From Myxococcota bacterium (GTDB lineage: Bacteria > Myxococcota_A > UBA796 > CAJQPC01), in NCBI GenBank assembly GCA_036012755.1, contig DASCPX010000138.1:1-53727 (forward strand): DNA of 53,727 bases, written 5' to 3'. Position 1 is the first letter of the stretch. Every line of letters starts with the position of its first letter. Under the pieces are notes generated by a model that saw only the letters and a list, made by a program, of their open reading frames with translations, had not been told where the DNA came from and did no database searches. A program made the translations under genes and the position numbers. Of the stretch, positions 18,484-29,149 are shown piece by piece.

Positions 18484-19664
18484 AGCCCCATCCTCTGACT
18501 CAGCGTCTCCATGTCCTTGTCTCCCCGGCCCGACAGGTTGACGAGGATGTCCGCGTCCTTGCCGACGAAGCTCAAGACGCGGGGCAGGGCCGCGATGGCG
18601 TGGGCGGACTCCAGCGCGGGCAGGATGCCCTCTGTCTCGGCGAGGAGTCGGGTGGCTTCGAGCGCCTCGTCGTCTGTGACCGCGAGGTAGGTCGCCCGAC
18701 CGCTGTCTGCGAGCCAGGCGTGCTCTGGCCCGACCCCCGGGTAGTCGAGGCCGGCGCTGATCGAGTGGGCTGGCTGGACCTGTCCGTGCGCGTCTTGCAG
18801 GAGGTAGCTCTTCTGGCCGTGCAGCACGCCCACGCGACCGCCCCGGATCGAAGCGGCGTGCTGGCCAGACTCGATGCCGTGGCCGGCCGCCTCTACGCCG
18901 AAGAGGGAACAGCCGAGATCGTCGCGGAAGGCGTGGAAGATGCCCATCGCGTTGCTGCCACCTCCGACGCAGGCCACGATGGCGTCGGGAAGCCCTGCTC
19001 CGGCGGCCTCCATCTGCTCGCGAGCCTCGTAGCCGATGCAGGCCTGGAGCTCGCGCACCATGACCGGGTAGGGGTGTGGGCCGGCAACCGAGCCGATGCA
19101 GTAGAAGGTGTCGGCGACGTTCGTGACCCAGTCGCGCAGCGCCTCGTTCATGGCGTCCTTCAGGGTGCGCGTGCCGCTGTGGACAGGGATGACCTCGGCC
19201 CCCAGCAGGCGCATGCGCGCGACGTTCAAGCGCTGGCGGACCGTGTCTTCCTCGCCCATGTAGACGACGCAGTCCAGGCCGAACAGTGCGCAGGCCGTGG
19301 CCGTGGCGACTCCGTGCTGGCCCGCCCCGGTCTCGGCGATCACCCGACCCTTGCCCATGCGCCTGGCGACGAGCAGCTGACCGATGCAGTTGTTGATCTT
19401 GTGCGCCCCGGTGTGGTTCAGGTCCTCGCGCTTGAGCCAGATGTTCCCTCCGAGCTGCTCCGAGAGGCGCCTGGCCCGGTACAGCAGCGAGGGGCGGCCC
19501 ACGTAGTCGCGCATGTAGCGCTCGTACTCCACTCGGAATGCGTGGTCGGCCCAGGCCTTCTCCCAGGCGACCGTGAGCTCCTCCAGCGCCGGCACGAGGG
19601 TCTCGGCGACGTAGCGGCCGCCGTAGGGGCCGAAGTGGCCGCGAGCGTCCGGGACGGGGGTCAT
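18480..19664 (-). CDS. trpB: Tryptophan synthase beta chain
   Basis: [34 protein letters not shown] and NLSGRGDKD; true start is ATG at 19664. Confidence 0.97.
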   Translation of the reverse strand: MTPVPDARGHFGPYGGRYVAETLVPALEELTVAWEKAWADHAFRVEYERYMRDYVGRPSLLYRARRLSEQLGGNIWLKREDLNHTGAHKINNCIGQLLVARRMGKGRVIAETGAGQHGVATATACALFGLDCVVYMGEEDTVRQRLNVARMRLLGAEVIPVHSGTRTLKDAMNEALRDWVTNVADTFYCIGSVAGPHPYPVMVRELQACIGYEAREQMEAAGAGLPDAIVACVGGGSNAMGIFHAFRDDLGCSLFGVEAAGHGIESGQHAASIRGGRVGVLHGQKSYLLQDAHGQVQPAHSISAGLDYPGVGPEHAWLADSGRATYLAVTDDEALEATRLLAETEGILPALESAHAIAALPRVLSFVGKDADILVNLSGRGDKDMETLSQRMGL

Positions 19665-19697
19665 GGGCTCTCCGAATCGGCGGGCCGGAGTAACGTC

Positions 19698-20672
19698 GTG
19701 CAGGTGAAGCGGCTCCTGCTCCTCGTCGCCGGACTCCTGCTCGCCGTCGGCGCGGTCCTTGGTCTCGAGACCTGGCTTCGCGATCGAGAGGCAGGCAAGG
19801 GGCTCGTCCCCTATCCGACCGAGCGGCTCGGCTATCTCGTCCAGCACCCCGAGTCGGACAGCGGCGTTCCCGGAGACATCGTCGTCCTCGGAGACTCGCT
19901 CACCGATGGTGGCGGGCTCCCCCGGGTCGAGGCCTGGCCTGGCGTCGCCGCCGAGCTCCTCGGTCGGGACGTCTTCAACCTCTCCTCGGTGGGCTGGGAC
20001 GTCGGGCACGTCGCCGCCGCAGCCCACGACCTCGCCCCGGAGCTCTCTCCTCGGCTGCTCGTCTACGCCGCCTTCACGAACGACGGGACCCCGACTCGCC
20101 TCATCGGAGATCCGCCTGTCTTCGTCGGCATCGGCGCGCCGCCGGGCCTCGAGTGGGCGTCTCCGTGGCTGCCGCGCTCCGCCATCGTCCGCTACTTCGT
20201 CGGCTCCAGCTTCGCGAGGGCCAGCCTCGACGGGCGCGTCTTCGACGACGACGACTTCTTCGAGCGGCGCTTCGAAGAGCTCGCCGAGGTGGAGCACGAA
20301 CTCCTCGTCTTCGTCCTCGTGCCGCACGTCTTCGGCGCCAACGAGCCAGGGGGCAACGAGACCTACGCGTCCCACTACTGGTCGGCCCAGGCCATCGAGC
20401 ACCAGCGCATCCTCGACGCCGCAGAGCGTGCCGGAGTCCCGGCGGCCAGCGTCTTCCCCTACCTCGTCGAGTCCGGCCGCCAGGACTTCATGCGCGAGCA
20501 CCTGCAGGATCGCGTTCACCCCGACGCAGCGGGCCAGGCGCTCTTCGCAGAGGCCTTCGTCGACATCCTCGGGCGCCACGAGCGCGGCGAGCCCTTCCGG
20601 ACGGCACCCTTCGAGGGGAGCGAGGCACCGCCGCGCCCGCATCGCCCTGGTGGGGGCAAGGGCAAGCGCTGA
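19698..20672 (+). CDS. SGNH/GDSL hydrolase, antisense within the trp cluster
   Basis: N-terminal TM, VVLGDS (block I), FNL..VG (II), FTND (III) and DRVHP (V); GGAG RBS before GTG. Confidence 0.85.
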   Translation: MQVKRLLLLVAGLLLAVGAVLGLETWLRDREAGKGLVPYPTERLGYLVQHPESDSGVPGDIVVLGDSLTDGGGLPRVEAWPGVAAELLGRDVFNLSSVGWDVGHVAAAAHDLAPELSPRLLVYAAFTNDGTPTRLIGDPPVFVGIGAPPGLEWASPWLPRSAIVRYFVGSSFARASLDGRVFDDDDFFERRFEELAEVEHELLVFVLVPHVFGANEPGGNETYASHYWSAQAIEHQRILDAAERAGVPAASVFPYLVESGRQDFMREHLQDRVHPDAAGQALFAEAFVDILGRHERGEPFRTAPFEGSEAPPRPHRPGGGKGKR

Positions 20673-20679
20673 GCCGTGC

Positions 20680-21297
20680 TCAGGCCTGGAGCCTCCCCGG
20701 GGGGCGATGCGCCTCCTGGACGAAGCGACGGACCTTGTCCCGATCCATGACCCCAGGCGCGGACTCGCACCCGCTGGCGACGTCGACCCCCCACGGCCGG
20801 ACCGAGGCGACGGCTTCGGCCACGTTCTCCGGTGTGAGCCCACCGGCGAGGATCATCGGACCGAGCTTCGCGGCCTCTCGGGCGAGATCCCTATCGACCC
20901 TCCGGCCCGTCCCTCCGGCCTGCCCCGGCACATATGCGTCCAGGAGGAAGGGCGAGTTGGTGTGCCTGCGGATCCGGTCGAGCACGTCGTCGGTGGCCAC
21001 GAAGGCACGCAAGCATGGGACCCCGAGCCACGCTCCATAGCCGGGGGGCTCGCTCCCGTGGAGCTGGACGCGGCTGGGCCGGATCGCCTCGACGAGCTCG
21101 GCGAGCTCTGCCTCGTCGCGGTCCACGACGACCAGGATCGACTCGATCCGGACCGCGGCGGCGATCTCCGCTGCGATCTCGACCGAGACGCATCGCGCCG
21201 ATTTGGCGTGCAGGTTGATGCCCACGGCGTCGGCGCCGCAGGACTCGGCGAAGAGCGCGTCCGCGGAGCTCTGGACCCCGCAGATCTTCACCCACAT
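20680..21297 (-). CDS. trpF: Phosphoribosylanthranilate isomerase
   Basis: [26 protein letters not shown] and GVDVASG. Confidence 0.95.
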   Translation of the reverse strand: MWVKICGVQSSADALFAESCGADAVGINLHAKSARCVSVEIAAEIAAAVRIESILVVVDRDEAELAELVEAIRPSRVQLHGSEPPGYGAWLGVPCLRAFVATDDVLDRIRRHTNSPFLLDAYVPGQAGGTGRRVDRDLAREAAKLGPMILAGGLTPENVAEAVASVRPWGVDVASGCESAPGVMDRDKVRRFVQEAHRPPGRLQA

Positions 21298-22049
21298 CCG
21301 AGCTGCTTCAGCGCCTCGCCGACATCGGGTTGGGCCATCAGGGCGGTCCCGACGAGCACTCCGTGAGCACCGGCGGCGAACATCCTGCGGGCGTCCGTCC
21401 TGGTCTTCAGGCCGGACTCGGCGACCTTCAACACGCCACGGGGGATCGCGGGCAGGAGCGCTTCGCTCACGGCGAGGTCGACCTGGAGGCTGTGGAGGTT
21501 GCGGTTGTTGGTCCCGACGATGCGAGCACCGGCGTCCAGCGCCAGCCGGACCTCCTCGTCGTCGTGGGTCTCCACGAGGACCTCGAGCCCGATCTCGTGG
21601 GCGTGCGCGAGCAGCCTGGTGAGGCGGGCGGGCTTCAGGAAGGCCACGATCAACAGGGCGGCATCTGCCCCGATGGCCCTGGTCTCGTCCAGCTGCAGCT
21701 CGTCGAGGATGAAGTCCTTGCGCAGGACCGGAATGCCGACCGCAGCGCGGACCTTGACGAGGTCGCGGAGCGCGCCGCCGAAGTGGGGACCGTCCGTCAA
21801 GACGGAGATGGCGCTGGCGCCGGCGGCTTCGTAGGCCCTGGCGACCGAGATGGGCTCCGCGCCCTTCCTGAGGTCACCGCGGCTGGGTGAGCGGCGCTTT
21901 ATCTCCGCGATGAAGCTGAGCTTTCGCCTTCCCTTCAGCACCTCGTGCAGGCTGCGGACATCTGGAGCCCAGTCGGTGGCCGGCGGGGCCTCCTGGAGCA
22001 GTCGCACCTCCCGGCGCTTCGCGGGTCGGATGCGGTCGAGGAAGCTCAT
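21288..22049 (-). CDS. trpC: Indole-3-glycerol phosphate synthase
   Basis: IAEIKRRSPS, ISVLTD, LRKDF, NNRNL and AESG. Confidence 0.96.
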   Translation of the reverse strand: MSFLDRIRPAKRREVRLLQEAPPATDWAPDVRSLHEVLKGRRKLSFIAEIKRRSPSRGDLRKGAEPISVARAYEAAGASAISVLTDGPHFGGALRDLVKVRAAVGIPVLRKDFILDELQLDETRAIGADAALLIVAFLKPARLTRLLAHAHEIGLEVLVETHDDEEVRLALDAGARIVGTNNRNLHSLQVDLAVSEALLPAIPRGVLKVAESGLKTRTDARRMFAAGAHGVLVGTALMAQPDVGEALKQLGCG

Positions 22050-23059
22050 GCGTTGGTCGCCTCGACGAGCTTGTGGAGGGTGAGCGCGGCGTCGCCGTCG
22101 CCGAGCCTTCGCTGGGCCCTGACCACGCCATCGCGGAGGTCCTCTGCGAGGCCCGCGACGTAGAGCGCGGCGCCCGCCGAATACGCGACGGCGTCTGCCC
22201 TCGGGGAGCGTTCTCCCTCGAAGATGGCGGTCAGGATGCTGGCGTTGTCCGCGGCATCGCCGCCTCGCAGGGCGAGCAGGTCGGCGGTGTCGAGGCCGAC
22301 ATCCGAGGGGCTGATGCGGTAGGTGCGCAGCTCGCCGGCGACGACCTCGCAGACCAGCGACGGTCCGGAGATCGACAGCTCGTCGAGGCCGCCGTGGCCG
22401 TGCACCACGAGGGAGTGCTCCGTGCCCAGCTCGGCGAGGACCGCGCCGATGGGCTCGACGAGGGCCTCGCTGAAGACGCCGAGGACCTGTCTTTGGGCGC
22501 CGGCGGGGTTGGTCAGGGGTCCGAGCACGTTGAACATGGTACGCACACCCAGGGCCCGACGGGGCCCCACCGCGTGGCGGGTCGCGGCGTGGTGGGAGGG
22601 CGCGAAGAGGAAGGCGATACCTACCTCCGCGAGGATCTCGCCGAGGCGCTCGGGGGTCTGGGCGAGGTTCACGCCCAGGGCCTCCAGCACGTCCGCGCTG
22701 CCAGCTCTCGAGCTCACCGAGCGGTTGCCGTGCTTGGCGACCGTGGCCCCGCCCGCAGCCGCGACGATCGCGGCGGCTGTGGAGAGGTTGAAGGTGCCGC
22801 TGTTGTCCCCGCCTGTCCCACAGGTGTCGACGAGGGTCCGATTCGCTGGGACGGGGATCCCGACGGCGTGGCGTCGCATGACCCTCGCCGCGGCGGCGAT
22901 CTCCGTGACCGTCTCGCCCTTTGCGCGGAGGGCGACGAGCAGGCCAGCGATCGCCTCGGGGGGCAGCTCCCCCTGGAGCATCGCCTCGAAGGCGCCGTCG
23001 ACCTGCTCGGCGGACAGATCACGGCCTGACAGCAGCCTCTCCAGCAGTGTGGCGATCAT
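22046..23059 (-). CDS. trpD: Anthranilate phosphoribosyltransferase
   Basis: [30 protein letters not shown] and GLDE. Confidence 0.96.
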   Translation of the reverse strand: MIATLLERLLSGRDLSAEQVDGAFEAMLQGELPPEAIAGLLVALRAKGETVTEIAAAARVMRRHAVGIPVPANRTLVDTCGTGGDNSGTFNLSTAAAIVAAAGGATVAKHGNRSVSSRAGSADVLEALGVNLAQTPERLGEILAEVGIAFLFAPSHHAATRHAVGPRRALGVRTMFNVLGPLTNPAGAQRQVLGVFSEALVEPIGAVLAELGTEHSLVVHGHGGLDELSISGPSLVCEVVAGELRTYRISPSDVGLDTADLLALRGGDAADNASILTAIFEGERSPRADAVAYSAGAALYVAGLAEDLRDGVVRAQRRLGDGDAALTLHKLVEATNA

Positions 23060-23622
23060 GGGGTCACCAGCCAGTTTCGAAGGAGATCCATGCCGTGCTC
23101 CGTGAGGATGGACTCGGGGTGGAACTGAACGCCCTCGATCGGGAGCTCGCGGTGTCGGAGTCCCATCAGTGTCCCGTCCTGGGTCCAGGCGGTCGCCTCC
23201 AGGCAGTCCGGGAGGTCCTCGACGACCAGGCTGTGGTACCGGGTCGCGGTGAAGGGGGAGGGGAGATCGCGGAAGACACCCCGGCTGTCGTGGTGGATCG
23301 GCGAGGTCTTGCCGTGCATCAGCTCCTTTGCGCGCACGACCTTCGCCCCGAAGACCTGGCCGATGGACTGGTGGCCGAGACAGACACCGAGGATCGGGAT
23401 GTCTCCTGCGAAGCGGCGGATCGTCTCCATGGAGATGCCAGCGCGGTCCGGGTCGCAAGGCCCCGGCGAGATCAAGAGCCGGTCCGGTGCCTCGGCTTCG
23501 ATGCCGGCGATGTCGATGCGATCGTTGCGGAAGACCGGCACCTCAGCGCCCAGCACCTGGAGATACTGCACGATGTTCCAGGTGAAGCTGTCGTAGTTGT
23601 CGACGACCAGGACCTTCGTCAC
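23056..23622 (-). CDS. trpG: Anthranilate synthase component II (glutamine amidotransferase)
   Basis: DNYDSFT, ISPGP, GVCLGHQ and QFHPES. Confidence 0.95.
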   Translation of the reverse strand: MTKVLVVDNYDSFTWNIVQYLQVLGAEVPVFRNDRIDIAGIEAEAPDRLLISPGPCDPDRAGISMETIRRFAGDIPILGVCLGHQSIGQVFGAKVVRAKELMHGKTSPIHHDSRGVFRDLPSPFTATRYHSLVVEDLPDCLEATAWTQDGTLMGLRHRELPIEGVQFHPESILTEHGMDLLRNWLVTP

Positions 23623-25100
23623 AGGCCCTCCCTGGCGACTTCGAGGGCGCGCAGGACGCCGCCCGCCTTGGCGAGGGTCTCCTGGTATTCCATGGCCGGA
23701 TCCGAGTCCGCGACGACGCCGGCGCCGACCTGCAGGGTCCAGGTCTCGCCGCACCGCCAGACCGTGCGGATGGCGATGCAGGTGTCCAGCGTCCCGTCGA
23801 AGCCGAGGTAGCCGACGGCGCCGCCGTAGAGTCCGCGAGCGCATGGTTCGTACTCGTCGATGATCTCCATCGCGCGCACCTTGGGCGCTCCGGAGAGCGT
23901 CCCCGCGGGGAAGGTCGCCCGGATGGCGTCAGTGGCGTCCTTTCCCTCGGCGAGGGTCGCCTTGATGGTCGAGACGATGTGCATCACGTGCGAGAAGCGC
24001 TCGATGTGCATGAGGTCCTCGACCTGGACGGTGCCCTTCGCCGCTACCCGCCCGAGGTCGTTGCGCCCGAGGTCGACGAGCATGACGTGCTCCGCTCGCT
24101 CCTTCGGGTCTGCGAGGAGCTCCTCGCCGAGGGCCCTGTCCTCCTCCTCGTCGAGCCCCCGGCGGCGGGTGCCGGCGATGGGAGCGACGAGGACCTCGTT
24201 GTCCTCGACCCGCACCATCACCTCGGGGGAGGCTCCGATGACGAGCTGCTCCGGGAAGCGCAGGCAGAACATGTAGGGGGACGGATTCACCGCCCGCAGC
24301 GCACGGTACAGGTCGAAGTCGTCTCCGTCGTAGGACAGCGAGAAGCGCTGGGAGAGCACGACCTGGATGCAGTCGCCTGCGCGGATGTACCCCTTGATGT
24401 CCTCGACGGCCGACTCGAAGTCCGCGCGCTCGAAGTTGCTGGTCAGCGCGGCGGCTCGGGGCTGGCGCGTCGATCGCGCGGGGAGGGGCCCCCGCAGCTT
24501 CTCGATGACGCCGTCGATGCGTGAGAGGGCCCCCTCGTAGGCCACGCGCTGGTCGACGCCGGGCTTGGAGAGCACGACCTGGACTACGAGGATGCGGTGC
24601 CTCAGGTTGTCGAAGATGACCAGGCTGCGGGGCACGGCGAAGCACATGGTGGGCCCCTCGTCGGGCCCGGAGGGGTGCTCGGGGGGCATGCGCTCCCACC
24701 AGCGCACTGCGTCGTAGCCGAGCCAGCCGACCGCTCCGCCAGCGAAGCGCGGGAGCCCCGCGACCTCGACGCTCTGGAAGCGGGACAGCTGCTCACCGAG
24801 GAACTCCAGCGGGTCGTCACGCTGCTCGCGCAGGCTGACGAAGCCGTCCTTCACGACCTCGCAGGTGCGGCCCGTGGCTCTCACCACGAAGGCTGGGTCG
24901 AGGCCGATGAAGCTGTAGCGACCCCAGCGCTCCCCGCCCTCGACGGACTCGAGCAAGAAGGCGTAGTCTCCCTCGCAGACCTTCAAGAAGGCGCTCACCG
25001 GCGTGTCGAGGTCCCCGAGGATCTCGCGGAAGACAGGCACGGCGACGGGCTCGCCGCCGCTGGTGAGGTCGAGGAACTCGGCGAGGCTCGGGGTTGCCAT
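23619..25100 (-). CDS. trpE: Anthranilate synthase component I
   Basis: [27 protein letters not shown] and [11 protein letters not shown]. Confidence 0.96.
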   Translation of the reverse strand: MATPSLAEFLDLTSGGEPVAVPVFREILGDLDTPVSAFLKVCEGDYAFLLESVEGGERWGRYSFIGLDPAFVVRATGRTCEVVKDGFVSLREQRDDPLEFLGEQLSRFQSVEVAGLPRFAGGAVGWLGYDAVRWWERMPPEHPSGPDEGPTMCFAVPRSLVIFDNLRHRILVVQVVLSKPGVDQRVAYEGALSRIDGVIEKLRGPLPARSTRQPRAAALTSNFERADFESAVEDIKGYIRAGDCIQVVLSQRFSLSYDGDDFDLYRALRAVNPSPYMFCLRFPEQLVIGASPEVMVRVEDNEVLVAPIAGTRRRGLDEEEDRALGEELLADPKERAEHVMLVDLGRNDLGRVAAKGTVQVEDLMHIERFSHVMHIVSTIKATLAEGKDATDAIRATFPAGTLSGAPKVRAMEIIDEYEPCARGLYGGAVGYLGFDGTLDTCIAIRTVWRCGETWTLQVGAGVVADSDPAMEYQETLAKAGGVLRALEVAREGL

Positions 25101-25171
25101 GGCCCCGGCACCTATCCCGCTCGTGTTTGCGATCCACGGACGCGTGGGTACTAAGGGGGCTGGAGAGACCG

Positions 25172-25543
25172 ATGTCAGAGAGCCCCCTGGTCACGATCAG
25201 CCCCCTCGCCCTGGAGAGCGTTCGCGAGCTCCTCGCCGACAACGACATGGAGGGCTGGGGGCTCTACATCGGCATCCGTGGGGGTGGCTGCAGCGGCTAC
25301 AGCTACCAGCTCGAGTTCGTCGAGGAGCCCCACGACGACGACCTCGTCTACGAGTTCGAGGGCGTCGACGTCTTCGTCGGCCCTCTCAAGCGCGAGTACC
25401 TCGCGGGCACCGTCATCGACTACAAGGACACGCTCATGGAGGCGGGGTTCAAGATCCTCAATCCCAACGCAAAGCGCGCCTGCGGCTGCGGCGAGTCCTT
25501 CGACATCGACGATGCCAACCCACCGGGGGCCTCGGCCTTCTGA
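25172..25543 (+). CDS. iscA: A-type Fe-S cluster carrier (IscA/HesB family)
   Basis: GGGCSGYSY and NPNA..ACGCGESF. Confidence 0.92.
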   Translation: MSESPLVTISPLALESVRELLADNDMEGWGLYIGIRGGGCSGYSYQLEFVEEPHDDDLVYEFEGVDVFVGPLKREYLAGTVIDYKDTLMEAGFKILNPNAKRACGCGESFDIDDANPPGASAF

Positions 25544-25544
25544 G

Positions 25545-25581
25545 AAGAAACCCCCAGGCGACCATCGCCTGGCGGCTCTTT
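25545..25581. terminator. Probable bidirectional terminator between convergent genes
   Basis: CCAGGCGA-CCA-TCGCCTGG hairpin flanked by AAGAAA and CTCTTT. Confidence 0.55.
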
Positions 25582-25605
25582 GGAGGAGGAACGCGAGTCA
25601 GTTGA

Positions 25606-26241
25606 TCACTGGGTGACCATCTCCAGCGGGGCCATCGTGGCCACACCGAAAAGTATGAGGGGAAGGTCCATCTCGGCCGGTGGGGCCGTGTGGAAGTAGG
25701 CTTCGACGACCAGGGCGAACTCGCCGTCGGCGTATTGGCTGAGCACGGCGGCGTCCGTGATGTCGGCGTCGTAGTCGCTCTGGTCGGCCGGGAAGTCGCT
25801 GATGACGGCGATCAGGGCGTCGTCGTCGGAGAGCTCGCGGTCGGAGCTGATGAAGACACGGACCGCGGTCGCGAAGTCGCCGAGCTTGTAGGTGTCGAAC
25901 TCGGGGTCGCTGATGCTGCTGTCGTCACCATCGAAGACGGTGTCGAACTCGGGGTCGCTGATGCTGCTGTCGTCACCATCGAAGACGGTGTCGAACTCGG
26001 GGTCGCTGATCTTCAGCGCCGTGAGCTCGAAGTCTTCCAGAGCGCTGACATCAACCGGGGACTCGGCGATGAGGTCGTCGACCGTTCCCAGCTCGGAGGC
26101 CTGGACGTAGGAGATCGTGCCGTCCTCTGCTTCCTCGAGCTCTGGCATCGAGATGCTGACAGGGGCGAGGAAGGGGATCTCGACCTCGCCGCATGCGGTG
26201 AGGACGGGGAGCGCGGCCAACAGCGGGATTAGCTTTCGCAT
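25606..26241 (-). CDS. Acidic lipoprotein with an internal 16-aa tandem repeat
   Basis: MRKLIPLLAALPVLTA-C lipobox; ISDPEFDTVFDGDDSS x2.5. Confidence 0.8.
   Translation of the reverse strand: MRKLIPLLAALPVLTACGEVEIPFLAPVSISMPELEEAEDGTISYVQASELGTVDDLIAESPVDVSALEDFELTALKISDPEFDTVFDGDDSSISDPEFDTVFDGDDSSISDPEFDTYKLGDFATAVRVFISSDRELSDDDALIAVISDFPADQSDYDADITDAAVLSQYADGEFALVVEAYFHTAPPAEMDLPLILFGVATMAPLEMVTQ
25891..26010. repeat. Perfect 48-bp tandem repeat, 2.5 copies, in frame
   Basis: Units start at 25891, 25939 and 25987 and are identical at nucleotide level. Confidence 0.95.
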
Positions 26242-26278
26242 TGTGCGTGGATTCCTCCAGGGTTCTGCCAGAGGTCAA

Positions 26279-26324
26279 TCCAAGATGCGTGCCAAGCCCA
26301 TGACTGTGGGATTTCAAGGACTTG
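26279..26324 (-). promoter_or_regulatory. Putative sigma54 promoter with an upstream IHF-like site
   Basis: Minus strand TGGCACG-CATC-TTGG (-24/-12; GG instead of GC at -12); TTTCAAGGACTTG at 26312-26324 resembles the IHF consensus. Confidence 0.5.
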
Positions 26325-26449
26325 GCGATGACACAGAGGGAAGAACCGTATGCCTCCGCACCCACCGGATCTAGGGCGGGTACGAAGACATTCGGTTTGG
26401 CGCCGCTGGCGCTCCTCCAACGAACCTCTCGGATCCGATCCGGGCTCGT

Positions 26450-26950
26450 TTAGAGAAAAAACTCCCCGACGTCCCTGCGTCGTTGCGGGTCACCACCTTC
26501 TTCCTGGCAGTACAGCGCGTTCACCGCCACCAGCACCGCCGTGACCGAGTCGATGTTGAGCACGTCCGCCAGCGGCAGGGCCGAGAGCCGCAGATCCTCG
26601 AAGTTGAGCGGGCAGACATCCAGCTGTCCCTCCATCACCAGCGGCAGTCCGTGGGAGCGGCAGATCAGGGGGCGCTCCTGGTAGATCGCGCAGGCGCCGT
26701 CGAGCAGGAGCGTGCAGTGCTCCGCCTGGCGCTGGGCGGCGAGGCGCTGGTGGACATCCGCGCCCACCGCCGCGAGGGCCTGGGCCACCGCCGCGTACTC
26801 GACGTCGCTGACCGTGCGCTCGGTCTGGCAGCATCCGTCGCAGCCGCGCCGGCAGGCGAACTCTGGTGCGTGCTCGCTCTCGACCCGACGGCTGTGGGCG
26901 TCGACCTTGTGGCGCAGCGCGCGGAGGTTCCGCAGCGGGTCCCTGCTCAC
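26450..26950 (-). CDS. YkgJ family cysteine-cluster (Fe-S/zinc) protein
   Basis: CRRGCDGCC...C.LL..G.C.IY..RPLICR. Confidence 0.88.
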   Translation of the reverse strand: MSRDPLRNLRALRHKVDAHSRRVESEHAPEFACRRGCDGCCQTERTVSDVEYAAVAQALAAVGADVHQRLAAQRQAEHCTLLLDGACAIYQERPLICRSHGLPLVMEGQLDVCPLNFEDLRLSALPLADVLNIDSVTAVLVAVNALYCQEEGGDPQRRRDVGEFFL

Positions 26951-27591
26951 GCGAACACCTCCGCCAGCTGCTCCATCCTCCTGAAGTCACGGCCCAGGAT
27001 CAGGCAGGCAGCCCCTGCCTCGGTGGCCATCTCCCCGTCTGTGTCCTCGCGGTCGCCGATGTGGAGGATCCGGTCCACCGGAACACCCATCGCCGCCGCT
27101 GCTGCCTCCAGCCCGAGGGGGTTCGGCTTGTAGGCGCCCAGGCCCTCGCAGCTGATCAGCGCTGCCCAGCCCTCGAGGATCCCCATGTTCGCGAGCTTCT
27201 GCTCCGGGGGGTAGTCGCTCACCACGGCGCGCGGAAGCCCGCTGGCATCGAGCGCGGCGAAGACCTCGTGCAGCCCCGCGAATGCGGTCCGGGGGGAGAA
27301 GGTCGCGGGCCAGGCCCCATGGACGACCTGGTCGATGACCTGCCGCGCCCGGTCCGGGTTGGCCCCGACCTGCTCCCCGAGCCGGCGTGCCACCTCGCCG
27401 CGGAGATCGTCGCTGACGACGCCGTCGCTTCGGACCTGCTCGACGACGCCGCTGTAGCGACTCAGGAGCAGCGGATGACGGAGGAGGTAGGGCAGCAGCA
27501 GGGCCTTTTGCAGCCCCAGCGGGTACAGGGTCCCGTCCACGTCGAAGGTGACAGCGTCGAAGCGGCTGCGATCGACGTTCGGGTCCGACAT
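26947..27591 (-). CDS. HAD-superfamily hydrolase
   Basis: FDVDGTL, VVSD, KP.P and HIGDREDTD motifs. Confidence 0.9.
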   Translation of the reverse strand: MSDPNVDRSRFDAVTFDVDGTLYPLGLQKALLLPYLLRHPLLLSRYSGVVEQVRSDGVVSDDLRGEVARRLGEQVGANPDRARQVIDQVVHGAWPATFSPRTAFAGLHEVFAALDASGLPRAVVSDYPPEQKLANMGILEGWAALISCEGLGAYKPNPLGLEAAAAAMGVPVDRILHIGDREDTDGEMATEAGAACLILGRDFRRMEQLAEVFA

Positions 27592-27670
27592 CTTCCCGCG
27601 CTTGCCCCTGCCCCGGAGGCGGTGCTATCCGTGTGTGCTGGCAGGGGCCACTCGGCACCGGAGGAGACGA

Positions 27671-28378
27671 ATGTTCACCGCGCTCATCTTGACGCTCGGC
27701 TGTGACGACCCGGGACAGTACGGGTATGCGGGCTACGACATGGTCGATCACTTCCCTCTGGACGGGCAACGGGAGTGGACCTACACCAACGAGGGCATCG
27801 CTTGGCGCCTCAACGTCGACATGCTCGACAACCCGGTCGTGTCGGACACCACCACCATCCACACCTTCGAATACTGGCAGGCGGACGCCAACGGCGTGTC
27901 CGCGAACCTGCTGATGACGCTGGACGTCAGCTCGGACACCTACAACGGCGTCCAGTTTCACGGCTACGAGGTCATCTCGGACCCGATCGACTGGGACACC
28001 GGGAGCACGGACGACAGCGGCGACAGCGGTGTCACCGGCTGGGGCCCGGCCGAGCTCGTGAGCTTCGATCCGCCCCTGGTCCTCGCCGAGTCGAAGATGG
28101 CCCCGGGCGACACCGTCGTGACCTCGACCGGTGGCTCGACCTGGACCTCGACCTTCAAGTTCCAGGAGCCCTGCCCCAACAACTGGATCGCAGGCGAGAA
28201 CGAGTGGTCCTGCCTCTACGTCGAGCTCGAAGACGGCGACGGCGACCTCGAGACCGGGGCGAGGATCAGCGGCCGCTACTGGCTCGCCCCGCGCTACGGC
28301 ATGTCCTGGTTCCAGTGGGTCGGCGACGACGAGAAGTGGATCCTGGCCCGCGCCGAGTGGGCACCGGACGACGAGTGA
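27671..28378 (+). CDS. Putative lipoprotein (beta-rich) of unknown function
   Basis: GGAGGAG RBS; MFTALILTLG-C; HFPLDG..EWTY and YWLAPRYG. Confidence 0.75.
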   Translation: MFTALILTLGCDDPGQYGYAGYDMVDHFPLDGQREWTYTNEGIAWRLNVDMLDNPVVSDTTTIHTFEYWQADANGVSANLLMTLDVSSDTYNGVQFHGYEVISDPIDWDTGSTDDSGDSGVTGWGPAELVSFDPPLVLAESKMAPGDTVVTSTGGSTWTSTFKFQEPCPNNWIAGENEWSCLYVELEDGDGDLETGARISGRYWLAPRYGMSWFQWVGDDEKWILARAEWAPDDE

Positions 28379-28382
28379 GGGC

Positions 28383-28760
28383 ATGACCCTCGGCCTCGCC
28401 GTGGCCTGCTCCGCGGTCGAGTATCGGGACGCGGACCTGCAGCTCGATCTGCTCGGGGACCTGCCCGAGGAGGCCGAGCAGATCCGTGTCTGCGTCGCGG
28501 ACGTAGGCGAGCAGACCTTCGGGGCCCGCCTCGACGGTCGCTTCGCCGTGACCGGGCTCTACGCAGAAGAGGCGGTGGATGTCACGGTCGACATCGTCGA
28601 CGTCGACGACACCATGCTGGAGAGGGCCACCGTCGAGGGCCTGACGGACTACGCCGAGGTCGAGCCCAGAGACTGCGAGGGCTGCGAGGGCTGTGCCGAG
28701 GTAGACGACTTCGCCGCCGCGGGAGGAGAGACATGGGTGCTCGCCGTGCGTTTCCGCTGA
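28383..28760 (+). CDS. Putative small lipoprotein
   Basis: GAGG RBS; MTLGLAVA-C; acidic composition; C-terminal CEGCEGC. Confidence 0.65.
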   Translation: MTLGLAVACSAVEYRDADLQLDLLGDLPEEAEQIRVCVADVGEQTFGARLDGRFAVTGLYAEEAVDVTVDIVDVDDTMLERATVEGLTDYAEVEPRDCEGCEGCAEVDDFAAAGGETWVLAVRFR

Positions 28761-29149
28761 CGCTCCTGGCTCTGGTGGCCTGCACGGGCGTGACTGGTGC
28801 CCGCGAGGACACCGGCTTCCACGTCGTGAGCTCGCTCCCCACGGACGGCTCCGACGACGTCGTGGAGTCCCAGACCCCGGAGCTGCGTCTGTCCGCCGAG
28901 GCCGACCCGGAAGCCTGCACGGGCGAGAGCGTCGGCCTGGTCGCTGTCAACGAGGACGGCAGCGTCGCCTTCGAGCTGCCCGTCACCGTCGAGCTCCTCG
29001 ATGGTGGCAACAAGCTGGGCCTCGACCACGCAGAGCCCTTCACGGTCGGGTATTCATACGGCTTCGTCGTGCGCACCGGCGACACGGTCTGTCGCGATGT
29101 CGACGGGCGGCCCCTGCGGGCCTTCCATGCGGAGTTCGAGGTTCGATGA
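28733..29149 (+). CDS. Lipoprotein with a bacterial Ig-like (SbsA/Big_5-type) domain
   Basis: Lipobox LVA-C; FHVVSSLPTDGSDDV...L.LS...D..G..L...F pattern. Confidence 0.7.
   Translation: MGARRAFPLTLLALVACTGVTGAREDTGFHVVSSLPTDGSDDVVESQTPELRLSAEADPEACTGESVGLVAVNEDGSVAFELPVTVELLDGGNKLGLDHAEPFTVGYSYGFVVRTGDTVCRDVDGRPLRAFHAEFEVR

Noticed and set aside
18480..20843. 787-aa ORF suggesting an N-terminally extended TrpB fusion
   Set aside because: The extension is the antisense shadow of the SGNH gene; TrpB homology starts at ATG 19664
25101..25171. trp attenuator or leader peptide
   Set aside because: Only 71 bp shared with divergent iscA; no Trp-codon leader or terminator hairpin seen
25891..26010. 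CRISPR or non-coding interpretation of the 48-bp repeat
   Set aside because: Head-to-tail without spacers, a multiple of 3, and inside a credible CDS
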